Shown here: piece after piece, positions 33,148 through 44,384 of the stretch | How the letters are laid out: each line of letters starts with the position of its first letter | Position numbering within the stretch: the stretch's first letter is position 1 | Source: an uncultured bacterium | GTDB lineage: Bacteria > Zhuqueibacterota > QNDG01 > DTFT01 | NCBI GenBank assembly: GCA_963736115.1 | Contig: CAVTNR010000014.1 | Coordinates: 1-64,000, forward strand | DNA length: 64,000 nucleotides | Reading direction: 5' to 3' | The notes under the pieces: generated by a model | Database searches by the model: none | Told to the model about the DNA's origin: nothing | The model's input: the letters and a program-made list of their open reading frames with translations, nothing else | Position numbers and translations under genes: made by a program

Positions 33148-34125
33148 ATGACGGAATCGAAGAAAAACAGCATCGAATGGGGACGGGAAGCCGTCCGGAT
33201 CGAGGCCCGCGCCGTGGCGGCCCTCGAGGCGCGCATCGGCGCTTCGTTTGCCGCGGCGGTGGATATCCTCATGAACTGCCGGGGCCGCGTCATCGTCACC
33301 GGAATGGGCAAGTCCGGAATCATCGCCCGGAAAATTTCGTCCACCCTGACCTCCACGGGAGTGGCCGCTTATTTCCTTCATCCGGCCGAGGGCGTGCACG
33401 GCGACATCGGGGCGGTTCTGAAGGACGATGCGGTCATCGCCGTTTCGAAAAGCGGCAGCACCGAGGAGCTCCTGCGCATCCTCCCGGTGTTCAAGCGCCG
33501 GAACTGCCCCATCATCGCGATCACGGGCAATCCGGATTCGCCGCTGGCCCGGCAGAGCGACGCGGTTCTCGATGTGGCCGTGGAGGAGGAGGCGTGCCCG
33601 CACGACCTCGTGCCCTCGTCCAGCACCACGGCCCAGATGGCCATGGGGGACGCGCTCGCCATCGCCCTGCTCCAGCAGCGGGGATTCAGCGCCGGGGATT
33701 TCGCCGAACTGCACCCGGCGGGCAGCCTCGGCGCGCGCCTGCTCCTGCGCGTCGACGATGTGATGCGAACGGGCCGGGACATGGCCGCGGTGCGGGAAGA
33801 CACGCCCCTGGCCCGGACCATACTCGAGATCACGTCGAAGCGGCTGGGCGCCACCTGCGTTCTGAACGATGCCGGTGCGCTGTCCGGAATCGTCACGGAC
33901 GGCGACCTGCGCCGGCTTCTGGAGAAAGGCGGCGATATCCGCGGCCTGGCCGCGAAGGATATCATGACGGCCGGACCCAAATGCATCCGTACCGGCATTC
34001 TGGCGGCCGCGGCCCTGCACGCGATGGAATCGCACAGCGTCAACCAGCTGATCGTTCTGGATGAATCGGGCCGCCCCGCGGGCATGGTGCACATCCACGA
34101 CCTGCTGAAGGCAGGCGTGGCATGA
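33148..34125 (+). CDS. kdsD: Arabinose-5-phosphate isomerase (SIS + CBS)
   Basis: TGMGKSG, HPAEGVHGD, EACP, TDGDLRR, HIHDLL. Confidence 0.94.
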   Translation: MTESKKNSIEWGREAVRIEARAVAALEARIGASFAAAVDILMNCRGRVIVTGMGKSGIIARKISSTLTSTGVAAYFLHPAEGVHGDIGAVLKDDAVIAVSKSGSTEELLRILPVFKRRNCPIIAITGNPDSPLARQSDAVLDVAVEEEACPHDLVPSSSTTAQMAMGDALAIALLQQRGFSAGDFAELHPAGSLGARLLLRVDDVMRTGRDMAAVREDTPLARTILEITSKRLGATCVLNDAGALSGIVTDGDLRRLLEKGGDIRGLAAKDIMTAGPKCIRTGILAAAALHAMESHSVNQLIVLDESGRPAGMVHIHDLLKAGVA

Positions 34126-34772
34126 CGCGTTCCGCCGGTCCGCCGGCGGCGTTCCGGACGCTTTTCGCCCTCGCCGCCTGTCTCGCCGTGTTCTGCGGCG
34201 GCGGGCCCGAAAAGCAGGACAGCCCCGGCCACGCGGTTCCGGAATCCGAACCGCCCTCGCAGGAAAGCTGGAATTCCGCCCTGACTCTGTCGCGGGCGGG
34301 AAAACCCCAGGCCGTGATCCGTTACGGCCACATGGCGCAGTACGACAGCCGGCGCATGGCGTATTTCGACGGCGGCGTGTCGGTGGACTTTTTCGACGCG
34401 GAGGGACGGCACACCTCCGTGCTGACGTCCGACCGTGGGGAGTACAATTCCGCCACCGAGGAAGTGAGGGCCATCCGCAACGTGGTTGTGGTGTCGGACA
34501 CGGGCGTCACGCTCCGGACGGCCTTTCTCCGGTGGGATCCGCGCGTGGAGAAGATCCTGTCGGATTCGGCGGTGACCGTCACGACGCAGGACGCGGACAC
34601 CCTCTTCGGAACCGGATTCGAGTCCGCCTCCGATCTGAGCCACTGGATGATCCGAAAGCCCACCGGCTCGACGGTCAGGCGCGTGGACGTCGAAAAGGCA
34701 GAGTCCGGCTTCCGGAATGCGCCGGCCGTGGATTCCTCCGCCTCTGCTCCGGAGGATGGTAAGGGAACGTGA
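34122..34772 (+). CDS. lptC: LPS export protein LptC
   Basis: N-terminal hydrophobic anchor, beta-rich repeats, position kdsD-X-lptA-lptB. Confidence 0.8.
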   Translation: MTRSAGPPAAFRTLFALAACLAVFCGGGPEKQDSPGHAVPESEPPSQESWNSALTLSRAGKPQAVIRYGHMAQYDSRRMAYFDGGVSVDFFDAEGRHTSVLTSDRGEYNSATEEVRAIRNVVVVSDTGVTLRTAFLRWDPRVEKILSDSAVTVTTQDADTLFGTGFESASDLSHWMIRKPTGSTVRRVDVEKAESGFRNAPAVDSSASAPEDGKGT

Positions 34773-34813
34773 AGCGAATGCGCGCGTCCGGCGACAGACC
34801 AGCCGTCCGGAAA

Positions 34814-35965
34814 ATGAACGGATTCCGCCAACCGATCACAGCGGTGCTTCTGACAGCCGCGCTTTGGGTCGGAACGCGGCCCGCTGCCGCGGACGTTCAG
34901 ACGGACCCACTCCGGCTGGTGGCGGCCGAACGGATGGAAAACGCGATGGAGAACGGCAAGGCCGTCCGCAGTCTGATCGGCGGCGTTCGGCTGGTTCAGG
35001 GGCCGTGCTTCCTGGAATGCGACGCGGCCTCCTGGGTCGAGAATGAGGCGTATCTCCGGCTGGCCGGACGCGTCCGGATTTTCGACGGAAAGCGGACGCT
35101 CGATGCCGATGAAGTGGAATACTTCGGCGAATCGAAGACGGAGCGGGCGTCCGGCCGCGCGTCCCTGCGGTCCGGATCCAGGCGGCTGACAGCGGACCGC
35201 ATCCATTATCGGCAGATTGAGGAACAGGCCGAGGCCGCCGGACGCGTCACGGTGTCGGACACGACCGAGCTTGTCCGCCTCGAATCGGATTCGGCGTTCT
35301 ACGACCGGAAGCGGGATTACGGACGGGTCTGGGGCCGGCCGAGGCTGATCCGATCCGACACGACGGCCGCCGGAAATGAATGGCGTCTCAGCGGCATCCG
35401 GATGGAGATGTGGGGAGCGGAAAGGCGCACCACGGTTACGGACAGCGTCCGCATCGAACAGGACGGACTCGGGGCCGACGCCGGCGCCGCCGAATATCGG
35501 TCCGGAGAGGAACTGCTGATACTGACCCGATCGCCCCGGGTGACGCAGCCCGGACGCATCATCACAGGCGACTCCATGGCCATCCGGATTCAAGGCGCCC
35601 GTTTCGCGGGCGGCGGTATTTTCGGCAGGGCCGGTATCGTGTCCGAGGACAGCGCCGGACGGGACGTGCTGAAGGGCGGCCGGATATTCATAACGGCGCG
35701 GGGTGACACGCTGGAACGCGTCGTGGTCGAGGAACGGGCCGAGAGCGCCTTCCGCGTTTCAGACGAGAACGGACGGCCCCAGGGCGTCAACGAAGCGTCG
35801 GGGGACCGCATCCTCATCGAATTCGACGGCAATAAACTGCTCAGCGTGGAGGTCGAAAGCCGGCCCGCCTCCTCGATGGGGGTGTTTAAGCCCCAGGATA
35901 CGCCGGCCCGTCCGGGCGCAACGCCGCGGGTGGAAGAGCCGGAACAGGATCAGCCGGATGGATGA
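34814..35965 (+). CDS. LptA/OstA-like beta-jellyroll protein (long form)
   Basis: Signal-like N-terminus, repeated G.V...DG...L.AD segments; upstream of lptB; start uncertain (34769 possible). Confidence 0.72.
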   Translation: MNGFRQPITAVLLTAALWVGTRPAAADVQTDPLRLVAAERMENAMENGKAVRSLIGGVRLVQGPCFLECDAASWVENEAYLRLAGRVRIFDGKRTLDADEVEYFGESKTERASGRASLRSGSRRLTADRIHYRQIEEQAEAAGRVTVSDTTELVRLESDSAFYDRKRDYGRVWGRPRLIRSDTTAAGNEWRLSGIRMEMWGAERRTTVTDSVRIEQDGLGADAGAAEYRSGEELLILTRSPRVTQPGRIITGDSMAIRIQGARFAGGGIFGRAGIVSEDSAGRDVLKGGRIFITARGDTLERVVVEERAESAFRVSDENGRPQGVNEASGDRILIEFDGNKLLSVEVESRPASSMGVFKPQDTPARPGATPRVEEPEQDQPDG

Positions 35966-36731
35966 AACGAAAATGAAGCCGAGCTCCGTGCTCGAGGCGG
36001 AGAACCTTTCCAAAAGCTACCGCGGCAGGCGCGTGGTGGACGGCGTCTCCGTGCAGGTCCGGAACGGCGAGATCGTGGGCCTGCTCGGGCCCAACGGCGC
36101 CGGAAAAACCACCACTTTTTACATGATCACCGGCATGATCCGGCCGAATGCGGGTGTGATCCGGTACGACGGCCGCGACATCACCGGATTCCCGATGTAC
36201 CAGCGGGCCCGGCTGGGCATCGGGTATCTGAGCCAGGAGCCGTCCATCTTCCGCCGCATGACCGTCGAGGAGAACATCCTGGCCATCCTGGAAACCCTCG
36301 GCATCGACAAAGCCGAGCAGAAGCGCCGGCTCGAGAAACTCCTGGATGAACTATCCATCGCCAGGCTGGCGAAACAGAAATCCTACACGCTCTCCGGCGG
36401 CGAGCGCCGCCGCCTGGAGATCACGCGGGCTCTCGTCACGGATCCGGCCTTCATTCTACTCGACGAGCCGTTCGCCGGCGTGGATCCCATCGCGGTGGAG
36501 GATATCCAGAACATCGTGCGCCATCTCAAGAGCCGCGGGATCGGCATTCTCATGACCGATCACAACGTCCATGAAACCCTTTCCATTACGGACCGGTCCT
36601 ATCTGCTCTTCGAGGGCCGGATCCTGAAATCGGGAACGTCCGAGTTCCTGGCCAACGACGAGGAGGCCCGGAAGATCTATCTCGGACAACAGTTCCGCCT
36701 GGACCGTTATTCGGAGACCGTTTCGCCATGA
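35958..36731 (+). CDS. lptB: LPS export ABC ATPase
   Basis: GPNGAGKTT, YLSQEPSIF, LSGGERRR, DEPFAGVDP, TDHNV. Confidence 0.96.
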   Translation: MDETKMKPSSVLEAENLSKSYRGRRVVDGVSVQVRNGEIVGLLGPNGAGKTTTFYMITGMIRPNAGVIRYDGRDITGFPMYQRARLGIGYLSQEPSIFRRMTVEENILAILETLGIDKAEQKRRLEKLLDELSIARLAKQKSYTLSGGERRRLEITRALVTDPAFILLDEPFAGVDPIAVEDIQNIVRHLKSRGIGILMTDHNVHETLSITDRSYLLFEGRILKSGTSEFLANDEEARKIYLGQQFRLDRYSETVSP

Positions 36732-38158
36732 TTCAAATCAGCCAGAGGCTCTCCCTTCAGCAGAAACAGAGCCCACAACAGGTCCTGCTTTCCACCCTGC
36801 TGCAACTGCCCGTCCTGCGTCTCGAGCAGCGTATCAAGCAGGAGCTCGAGTTGAATCCCCTCCTCGAACTGGAGGAGGAAATCGTGATGGAGGAGGAGCA
36901 GGAGCTCGAGGAGAAGGAAGAGGAGGAGGATGAGGAGGAGGATGCCGTCGATCCCGTCGAAAAGGAGCCCGAGCTCCAGGAGAAGGAGGAAATCGACTGG
37001 GACACCATCCTCAACGACGACGACAACTATGAGATCAAGCTGCCGCGGGAACAACCCGAGGAGGATATCGAGCACCCGGAGCCGGCCCCCGTCACTCTGA
37101 TGGACCACCTTCTGGAGCAGCTGCGCCTGGCGCCCCTGTCGCCGTCCGATATGCAGATCGGCGAGTACCTGTTGTGGTGCATCGATGACGTCGGATACCT
37201 GACCTGCGACCTGGAATCCGTGGCCGAGCAGTTCAATATCGAGGTCGAGGCCGTCGAACAGGTGCTCAAGGTGATCCAGCGGTTCGATCCGGTCGGCATC
37301 GGGGCCCGCACCCTGCGCGAGTGTCTCCTGATCCAGCTCGAAGAGAAGACGCCCCGCGACGAGATGGCGATCCGCATGCTGGAGGAGTGCTACGAGGACT
37401 TCTCGAACAAGCGGTTCGAAAAGATCGCGAAGAAGCTCGACCTCTCGCTCGATCAGGTGAAGCGCATCATGGATGCGGTCGCGAAGCTGAATCCCAAGCC
37501 CGGCGAGAGGAACGTCGCCGCCGCCGAGAACATCATCGTGCCCGACGTGGTCGTCCAGAACGACGACGGCAAGCTCGAGGTGACCCTGAACGACTGGAAC
37601 ATGCCGCGGCTCCGCATAAACGAATCCTACAAGCAGCTGCTGAAGGAGAAGGACCGGGTCAATAAGGAGACTCGGGACTATATCCGGCAGAGGCTCGAGT
37701 CGGCCCGGTGGCTCATCAATTCCATCTACCAGCGTCGTTCGACCATCCTGCGCGTCATGGAGTCCATCGTCAAGCATCAGCGCGATTTTTTCGAAAAGGG
37801 CAAGGAGTTCCTCAGGCCGATGATCCTGAAGGATATCGCCGACGACGTCAGTCTGGACATCTCGACCGTGTCGCGGGTGACGAGCGGCAAGTACGTGCAG
37901 ACGGAATTTGGGATTTTCGAGCTGAAATACTTCTTCAGCGAGCGTATGGAAACCGCGGACGGCGAGGAAGTCTCCAATAAGCTGATCAAGGAAAAGATCC
38001 GTGAGATCATCAGCAAGGAGGATTCTCGGAATCCCTTAAACGACGAGGAAATCTCCGACATGCTGCGGAAGGACGGATTCATCGTGGCGCGCCGAACCGT
38101 AGCGAAATACCGGGAGCAGAGCATGATTCCCGTGGCGCGGCTGAGGCGGAATATTTAA
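36728..38158 (+). CDS. rpoN: RNA polymerase sigma-54
   Basis: Q-rich region I, NPLLE, DPVGIGAR, STVSR, RpoN box ARRTVAKYRE. Confidence 0.97.
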   Translation: MIQISQRLSLQQKQSPQQVLLSTLLQLPVLRLEQRIKQELELNPLLELEEEIVMEEEQELEEKEEEEDEEEDAVDPVEKEPELQEKEEIDWDTILNDDDNYEIKLPREQPEEDIEHPEPAPVTLMDHLLEQLRLAPLSPSDMQIGEYLLWCIDDVGYLTCDLESVAEQFNIEVEAVEQVLKVIQRFDPVGIGARTLRECLLIQLEEKTPRDEMAIRMLEECYEDFSNKRFEKIAKKLDLSLDQVKRIMDAVAKLNPKPGERNVAAAENIIVPDVVVQNDDGKLEVTLNDWNMPRLRINESYKQLLKEKDRVNKETRDYIRQRLESARWLINSIYQRRSTILRVMESIVKHQRDFFEKGKEFLRPMILKDIADDVSLDISTVSRVTSGKYVQTEFGIFELKYFFSERMETADGEEVSNKLIKEKIREIISKEDSRNPLNDEEISDMLRKDGFIVARRTVAKYREQSMIPVARLRRNI

Positions 38159-38251
38159 GGTTCATAGTTCATGGTTCATAGTTCATAGAAAAAGAAGTGC
38201 AGGTAAATCTTTTTTTTCCTCTTTTCAACCATGAACTATGAACTATGAACT
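38159..38251. repeat. Heptamer element locus 4 (rpoN / hslV)
   Basis: GGTTCAT AGTTCAT GGTTCAT AGTTCAT starts directly after TAA; A-rich then T-rich spacer; AACC plus 3x ATGAACT. Confidence 0.93.
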
Positions 38252-38262
38252 TCAGAATTTAA

Positions 38263-38838
38263 ATGGTAAAGAAAATGATCAGTGATTACGAATCCAGGAC
38301 AACCGCCCCGTTCCATGCCACCACCATCCTCGGCGTGCGGAAGAACGGCAAAACCGCGATCGGCGGAGACGGCCAGGTGACGCTCGGAGACACGATTGTC
38401 AAGGAAAAAGCCCGCAAGATCCGCCGTCTCTACAAGGACACCGTGCTGGCCGGATTCGCCGGTTCCACATCCGACGCTTTCGCGCTTTTCGAGAAGTTCG
38501 AGAAGACACTCGAACAGACGCGCGGCAATCTGACCCGAGCCGCAGTGGAACTCGGAAAGGAGTGGCGCACGGACAAATACCTGCGGCGGCTGGAGGCCAT
38601 GCTCGTGGTGGCGGACCGGAGCGGTATTCTGCTGATTTCCGGTTCCGGGGACATCATCGAACCGGATGACGGCCTGGTGGCCATCGGCTCCGGCGGGCCC
38701 TATGCGCTGGCCGCCGGCCGCGCGCTTCTCAAGCACACGGACCTGGACGCCGCCGGTGTCATCAAGGAGTCCCTGCTGATCGCCTCCCGCATCTGCATCT
38801 ACACCAACGATTCGATTCTGGTCGAGGAGATGGGATGA
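38263..38838 (+). CDS. hslV: ATP-dependent protease peptidase subunit
   Basis: HATTIL, GDGQVT, GFAG, IGSGG, CIYTN. Confidence 0.96.
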   Translation: MVKKMISDYESRTTAPFHATTILGVRKNGKTAIGGDGQVTLGDTIVKEKARKIRRLYKDTVLAGFAGSTSDAFALFEKFEKTLEQTRGNLTRAAVELGKEWRTDKYLRRLEAMLVVADRSGILLISGSGDIIEPDDGLVAIGSGGPYALAAGRALLKHTDLDAAGVIKESLLIASRICIYTNDSILVEEMG

Positions 38839-40243
38839 CCGCCGCCCGTAAATCCGCGGACACCGGCCGGGAACGGCACGAATCCCTGACGCCGACGAGA
38901 ATCGTCGCCGAGCTGGACAAGTACATCATCGGACAGGCCAAGGCCAAGAAGATGGTGGCCATCGCTCTCCGGAACCGCTGGCGGCGCATGCAGGTGCCCG
39001 AGGAACTGCGCGAAGAGATCATGCCCAACAACATCATCCTGATCGGACCGACCGGCGTGGGAAAGACCGAGATCGCGCGCCGGCTGGCAAGGCTGGCCGA
39101 TGCGCCCTTCATCAAGGTCGAGGCCTCGAAGTTCACCGAAGTGGGCTACGTGGGTCGTGACGTGGAATCCATCATCCGCGATCTCACCGACCTGGCCGTG
39201 TCCATGGTGAAGTCCGAATGGACCGAAGCGGTGCGAGGCCAAGGCCGAGGCCCTGGCCGAAGAGCGTCTGCTCGACCTGCTGTTCCCGAGGCCGAAGCCC
39301 CGCGCAAGGGGCGAATCACCGAACGGCGCCGAGAAAAACGGAGAGGAGCCGGAAGAGGAGCGGGCCGCGAGGACGCGCGAAAAGCTGAAGAAAAGCTCGC
39401 CGACGGCAAGCTGGAGGACCGCGTCGTCGAGATCGACGTGTCCGCCGAGTCTTTTCCCATGCTCCAGATTTTTTCGCCGATCGGCATCGAGGAAATGGGA
39501 CTCAACATGCAGGAGCTTTTCGGCGGCATGATGCCGCCCAAGCGCAAGAAGCGGAAGATGCCGGTGGCCGAGGCGCGGGAGGTGATCGTCGCAGAGGAAG
39601 TGCAGAAGCTCATCGATATGGAGAAGGTGGTGGACGAGGCCATTCTGCGCGTCGAGGAGTCGGGCATCGTCTTTCTCGACGAGATCGACAAGATCGCGGG
39701 AAAGAGCGAGGGCGCCGGCCCCGATGTTTCCCGCGAGGGTGTGCAGCGCGACATCCTGCCCGTGGTCGAGGGCACGAACGTTCTGACCAAGTACGGCTGG
39801 TGCGCACCGACCACATCCTGTTTATCGCCTCCGGCGCTTTTCACGTTTCGAAGCCCTCGGACCTGATCCCGGAACTGCAGGGCCGCTTTCCCATCCGGGT
39901 CGAGCTTGAAAGCCTGACCCGGGAGGACTTCGTCCGCATCCTGACCGAACCGGAGAACGCGCTCATCAAGCAATACACCGCCCTGCTCGCCACTGAAAGC
40001 GTTAAAATCGAATTTACGCCCGAGGCGATAGTCGCCATCGCGGATACGGCCTGCGACGTCAACGAGCGCACGGAAAATATCGGCGCGCGGCGGCTGCACA
40101 CCATTATGAGCCTGCTGCTCGAGGACGTTCTTTTCGAGACCCCGGAGAAAAAGACGCGTTTCATCCGGGTCACCCCGAGGGAGGTCCACAAGCGTCTGAA
40201 GCGCATCGTCGAGAACCAGGATCTGACGAAGTACATACTATGA
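38835..40243 (+). CDS. hslU: ATP-dependent protease ATPase (indels near 39237, 39390, 39797)
   Basis: [42 protein letters not shown]. Confidence 0.95.
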
Positions 40244-41334
40244 AGAAACCGGCTGACCCGGGTTCCGGAAAGCCCATGCGTTTCATCCTGGTGGATGTTT
40301 TCGCCGAGGCGCCGTACGCGGGAAATCAGCTCGCGGTCGTAATCGGCGGGGAACACCTCGCGACGGACGCGATGCAGGCGGTCGCCCGGGAACTGAACTT
40401 TTCCGAGACCAGCTTCATTCTGTCCGGCGGTTCCGGATCGGAATTTTCCGCCCGTCCATCCGAGGCGTCCGCCTTATTCGTTGCTGGAGATCCTCCGCTG
40501 TCTGCGGCGGCCGCATTCGATCGGGCTGTTAAAAGCCCGTCCCTGGAATCCGGTGAAAGCGAACCGCATCCTCGGGCTTTTGACAGCCGCGACAAGTCGG
40601 CTTTGCCTCCATGCCCGGAGTCGGCGGAATTCGACGTCCGCATCTTCACGCCCGCCGAGGAGGTACCCTTCGCCGGCCATCCCGTACTGGGGACGGTCCA
40701 TGTGCTACGGACCGAGGGTGCGGCCGGGCTGACTTCGCCCGTGACGCTTAATCTGAAAGCCGGACGGATCCCCGTCCGTTTCGGGGCGGGGGAAGAGCCG
40801 GATGTGTACTGGATGGATCAGCTCGAACCGGTTTTCGGCGGTCTGATTCCCGCGGAACAGGCCGCTGCGGTGGTGGGTCTTTCGCCGGACGATCTGGACC
40901 TTCGGTTTCCCGTCCAGGAGGTGTCCACCGGGCTTCCCCATGTAATTGTCCCGCTGAAAAACCTCGACGGTCTCCGGCGGGCACAGTCCGTGCGCGACCG
41001 GTATCTCGAATTCGTCCGGAAACGCGAGGCCAAGGCCGTGCTCGTCTTCTGCACGGAGACGCATGAACCCGGGAACGACGTGAGTACGCGCATGTTCGCC
41101 GACGCCTTTGGTATCACGGAGGATCCGGCGACGGGAAGCGGCAACGGCTGCCTGGCGGCCTATCTGGTCCGCCACCGGGTATTCGGAAAATCAAGCCTGT
41201 CCGTCCGTTCGGAGCAGGGATACGAGATCGGTCGGCCCTCGCTGCTCCGCCTGGAGGCGGAGGAGAAGGACGGCCGCATACGCGTGTCCGTGGGGGGACG
41301 GGCGTTCACCGTGGCCCGGGGGGAGTTCGACTGA
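40240..41334 (+). CDS. PhzF-family isomerase with about 60 extra residues
   Basis: [41 protein letters not shown]....RPS. Confidence 0.9.
   Translation: MKKPADPGSGKPMRFILVDVFAEAPYAGNQLAVVIGGEHLATDAMQAVARELNFSETSFILSGGSGSEFSARPSEASALFVAGDPPLSAAAAFDRAVKSPSLESGESEPHPRAFDSRDKSALPPCPESAEFDVRIFTPAEEVPFAGHPVLGTVHVLRTEGAAGLTSPVTLNLKAGRIPVRFGAGEEPDVYWMDQLEPVFGGLIPAEQAAAVVGLSPDDLDLRFPVQEVSTGLPHVIVPLKNLDGLRRAQSVRDRYLEFVRKREAKAVLVFCTETHEPGNDVSTRMFADAFGITEDPATGSGNGCLAAYLVRHRVFGKSSLSVRSEQGYEIGRPSLLRLEAEEKDGRIRVSVGGRAFTVARGEFD
40524..40588. repeat. Inverted repeat inside the phzF insertion
   Basis: GGCTGTTAAAAGCCCG ... CGGGCTTTTGACAGCC, 15/16 complementary. Confidence 0.75.
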
Positions 41335-41356
41335 TCGATATTGCACAGGAGGATTC

Positions 41357-42271
41357 ATGAAACGTGATTTTATGGACATCATTGATTTGTCGACCGACGA
41401 GATCCGCCAGCTGTTCCGGCTGGCCGTGGACCTTAAAAAGAAGCAGAAAAAGGGGAAGGCCCATCCGATTCTCAAGGGCAAAACCCTGGCGATGATATTC
41501 CAAAAGCCCTCGACTCGGACCCGCATCTCATTCGAAACCGGCATGGTGCAGCTCGGCGGGCACGCGATCTACATTTCTCCGGACGAAATGGGGCTGGGCA
41601 AGCGCGAGACCGCGGCGGATGTGGCGCGGGTGCTGTCCCGGTACAATGACGGCATCATGGCTCGGGTGTTCTCGCATGACCTGCTCACGGAACTGGCCCG
41701 GCACGCCTCCATCCCCGTGATCAACGGACTCTCCGACTGGTCGCATCCCTGCCAGATTCTGGGGGACATGCTGACCATTCTCGAGCACCGCGGCGCATTT
41801 GACGGTCTCAAGGTGGCCTGGATCGGAGACGGGAACAATGTGGCGCATTCGTGGATACACATGGCCATGCGCGTCCCCATGGAACTGGTCCTCGCCTGCC
41901 CGGCGGGATTCGATCCGGACAAGGACCTGGTGGCGAAGGCGAATGACGCGAAAATCAGCAGGGTCCGTATCGTGCGGAATCCGCTGGAGGCCGCGGACGA
42001 GGCCGACGTGCTGTACACCGACGTCTGGGCGAGCATGGGGCAGGAGAAGGAGGCCGCCCGGCGCAAAAAGGCGTTCCGGAACTTTCAGGTGAACGACCGG
42101 CTGGTCGAGAAAGCCAAGCCGAACGTGCTGGTCATGCACTGCCTGCCGGCCCACCGGGGCGAGGAGATATCCGAATCCGTGCTGGAAGGGCCGCGATCCA
42201 TCGTCTTCGACGAAGCCGAAAACCGCCTGCACATCCAGAAGGCGATTCTGGTCACGCTGATGAAGAAATAA
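41357..42271 (+). CDS. argF: Ornithine carbamoyltransferase
   Basis: KPSTRT, HPCQ, GDGNN, TDVWASMG, HCLP, AENRLH. Confidence 0.96.
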   Translation: MKRDFMDIIDLSTDEIRQLFRLAVDLKKKQKKGKAHPILKGKTLAMIFQKPSTRTRISFETGMVQLGGHAIYISPDEMGLGKRETAADVARVLSRYNDGIMARVFSHDLLTELARHASIPVINGLSDWSHPCQILGDMLTILEHRGAFDGLKVAWIGDGNNVAHSWIHMAMRVPMELVLACPAGFDPDKDLVAKANDAKISRVRIVRNPLEAADEADVLYTDVWASMGQEKEAARRKKAFRNFQVNDRLVEKAKPNVLVMHCLPAHRGEEISESVLEGPRSIVFDEAENRLHIQKAILVTLMKK

Positions 42272-42289
42272 AGGCGTTCCATCCGACCG

Positions 42290-43379
42290 ATGCGGATCCT
42301 TCATTTCGCGGCGGAAAACGTCGCAGGAGTGCCCGGCACGATGGTCCGCGCCGAGCGCCGAGCTGGGGCACGACAGTCTGCTGATGACACTGATCCCTTC
42401 CGCGCATGGAATCGCGGACGGGGAGTTCTGCCTGAATCTGCCGTTCGTGCGCTCGACTTCGGTGCGCCGCATCAAAGCGATCCTGCATCCGGATTCCGTC
42501 AGCGTCGGAACCCACCGGCGCGGCGGGACGACCGGCCTTCCCCCTGTCTGGGCGCCCGCCAACGGATTACAGGCGTTTCTCCTCCGGATCCGTGACCGGG
42601 TCTGGGAACCGGCCGTCCGGCGCGCGCTCAGGCGCGTCCGCATCGAAGACGTCGACATCGTTTTTCTGGACAGCGGCCTCGGGTTTCTCAGAAACGACAC
42701 AATCGCGGCCGGTCTGAAAGCGAAGGGAAAACGGATCGCCGTGGGTTATTTCGGCAGCGATCTGCGGACCCGCGGCATCCTGCCGGAGATCGACCGGCTG
42801 GCCGACTTCCGGTTCACCGTGGAATTCGACCATACCCTGTTGTATCCGGGGATCTCCTTCGTCTATTTCCCCTTCCGGCTGCCCGGCTTTCAGCGGCCGC
42901 CGGCGCCGCCCGGCGGACGCATACGGATCGGACATTCACCCTCCAACCGGGCCACGAAAGGGACGGAAGCCATTCTCGGCGGATTGCGCCGGCTCGGCCG
43001 GGATTTTCCGGTCGAAACCGTCCTGATCGAAGGCCTGCCATACGCGGAGGCATTGTCCCTGAAATCCACCTGTGATCTGTTCGTGGATCAGCTCGGGGAG
43101 CTCGGATACGGTATCAGCGGACTGGAGGCCCTGGCCATGGGTATCCCGACAGCCGTTCAGCTCATGCCTGATTTCGACCGGTTTCTGGCCCCGCATCCAT
43201 TTATCTCCGTCACGGGGGAGGAACTCGCGGAACGCCTGGCTCCGTTCGCCGCATCGGCCGAGTTGAGGCGGAGCCGCGGCGAAGCCGGAATGGCCTGGGT
43301 CCGCGAACGGCATGACCCGGTCCTCGTGGTGAAGAGTATCCTGGACCGGCTCACCATCCATCCGGAGGCACGCGCGTGA
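42290..43379 (+). CDS. Putative GT-B glycosyltransferase (frameshift near 42360)
   Basis: MRILH N-terminus, GSDLR, HSPSNRATKGT, FVDQL..GYG..GLEALAMG.P. Confidence 0.7.
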
Positions 43380-44341
43380 TCGAGATCAGGAGATACGGCG
43401 AGGAGGAGTTGCGCCTGTGGGAGGCGTTCACGGAGGGTTCCAATAACGGAACCCTGTTCCATACGCGCGCTTTTCTCAACTACCATCCGCCGGGCCGGTT
43501 CGAGGACCATTCGCTGGTTTTCACGGAGGAGGGGCGGACGGCGGCCCTTTTTCCCGCAGCGGCCCGGACTGTCGAGGGGAAACGCATTCTTTCATCCCAT
43601 GCCGGCGCCTCGTACGGCGGATTCGTGTATTCGGAATCTCTCTCAGTGCGGTCCGCGTTCGATCTGGTCGCCGCCCTGGTGGACCATGCCCGGCGCGAGG
43701 GGTTCCACGCCATCGACATGACCCTCCCGCCCGTCATCTATCACATGCGGCCCAGCCACTACGCCGATTTTGCCCTGTACAAGAACGGTTTCACCTACCG
43801 GAAGAGGGAAATCTCAAGCGTCATTCCGCTGGACTTTCCCGAATCCGAAATTCTGGAACAGTTCAAGCCCGAGGCCCGGACGGCATACCGGAAATCCATC
43901 AAGTCGGGCGTCACGGTCCGGGAATCCGACGATTTCGCCGCTTTCTATCCGATTCTCCGGAAAAACCTGAAGATGCGGCACAACGTCGATCCCACCCATA
44001 CACTCGATGAGATTCTCAGGCTGAAGTCGATCTTTCCCGAGCGCATCCGGCTGGTGGCCGCCTATGTGGGCGGTTCGATGGCGGCCGGCGTCGTCAATTT
44101 CATCTGCAACCGCAAAGTGGTGCTGGCGTTCTACATCAGCCACGACGAGTCGTTCCAGGAGGTCCGGCCCGTCAACCGCCTGTTCTACGAGATCATCCGG
44201 TGGTGCATCCAGAACGGCTACGCGTTTCTCGACTACGGTATATTCACCGTGAATGAGGACCCCAACTGGGGACTCGGCAAATTCAAGGAAAGCTTCGGCG
44301 CCCGCGGTATCTTTCGGGACACCTTCCGCCGGAATCTGTGA
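43376..44341 (+). CDS. FemAB-like double GNAT protein
   Basis: NGTLFH..FL.YH..RF.DHSL, SH.G.SYGG, LDYG, GLGKFKESFGA. Confidence 0.75.
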   Translation: MIEIRRYGEEELRLWEAFTEGSNNGTLFHTRAFLNYHPPGRFEDHSLVFTEEGRTAALFPAAARTVEGKRILSSHAGASYGGFVYSESLSVRSAFDLVAALVDHARREGFHAIDMTLPPVIYHMRPSHYADFALYKNGFTYRKREISSVIPLDFPESEILEQFKPEARTAYRKSIKSGVTVRESDDFAAFYPILRKNLKMRHNVDPTHTLDEILRLKSIFPERIRLVAAYVGGSMAAGVVNFICNRKVVLAFYISHDESFQEVRPVNRLFYEIIRWCIQNGYAFLDYGIFTVNEDPNWGLGKFKESFGARGIFRDTFRRNL

Positions 44342-44384
44342 TCCGACCGGCGTTCCGGGAACCGCACACCAAAAAGGAGCGGCC

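Noticed and set aside
36870-36945. GAG-rich tract in rpoN and GGC-rich tract at 62505-62610
   Set aside because: Ordinary acidic region II of sigma54 and the Gly-rich TPM tail.
22446-43379. ftsA, gatC, pyrG, hslU and the glycosyltransferase as pseudogenes or programmed frameshifts
   Set aside because: Single-base indels, several in short homopolymers, in otherwise intact and often essential genes; long-read error is the simpler explanation.
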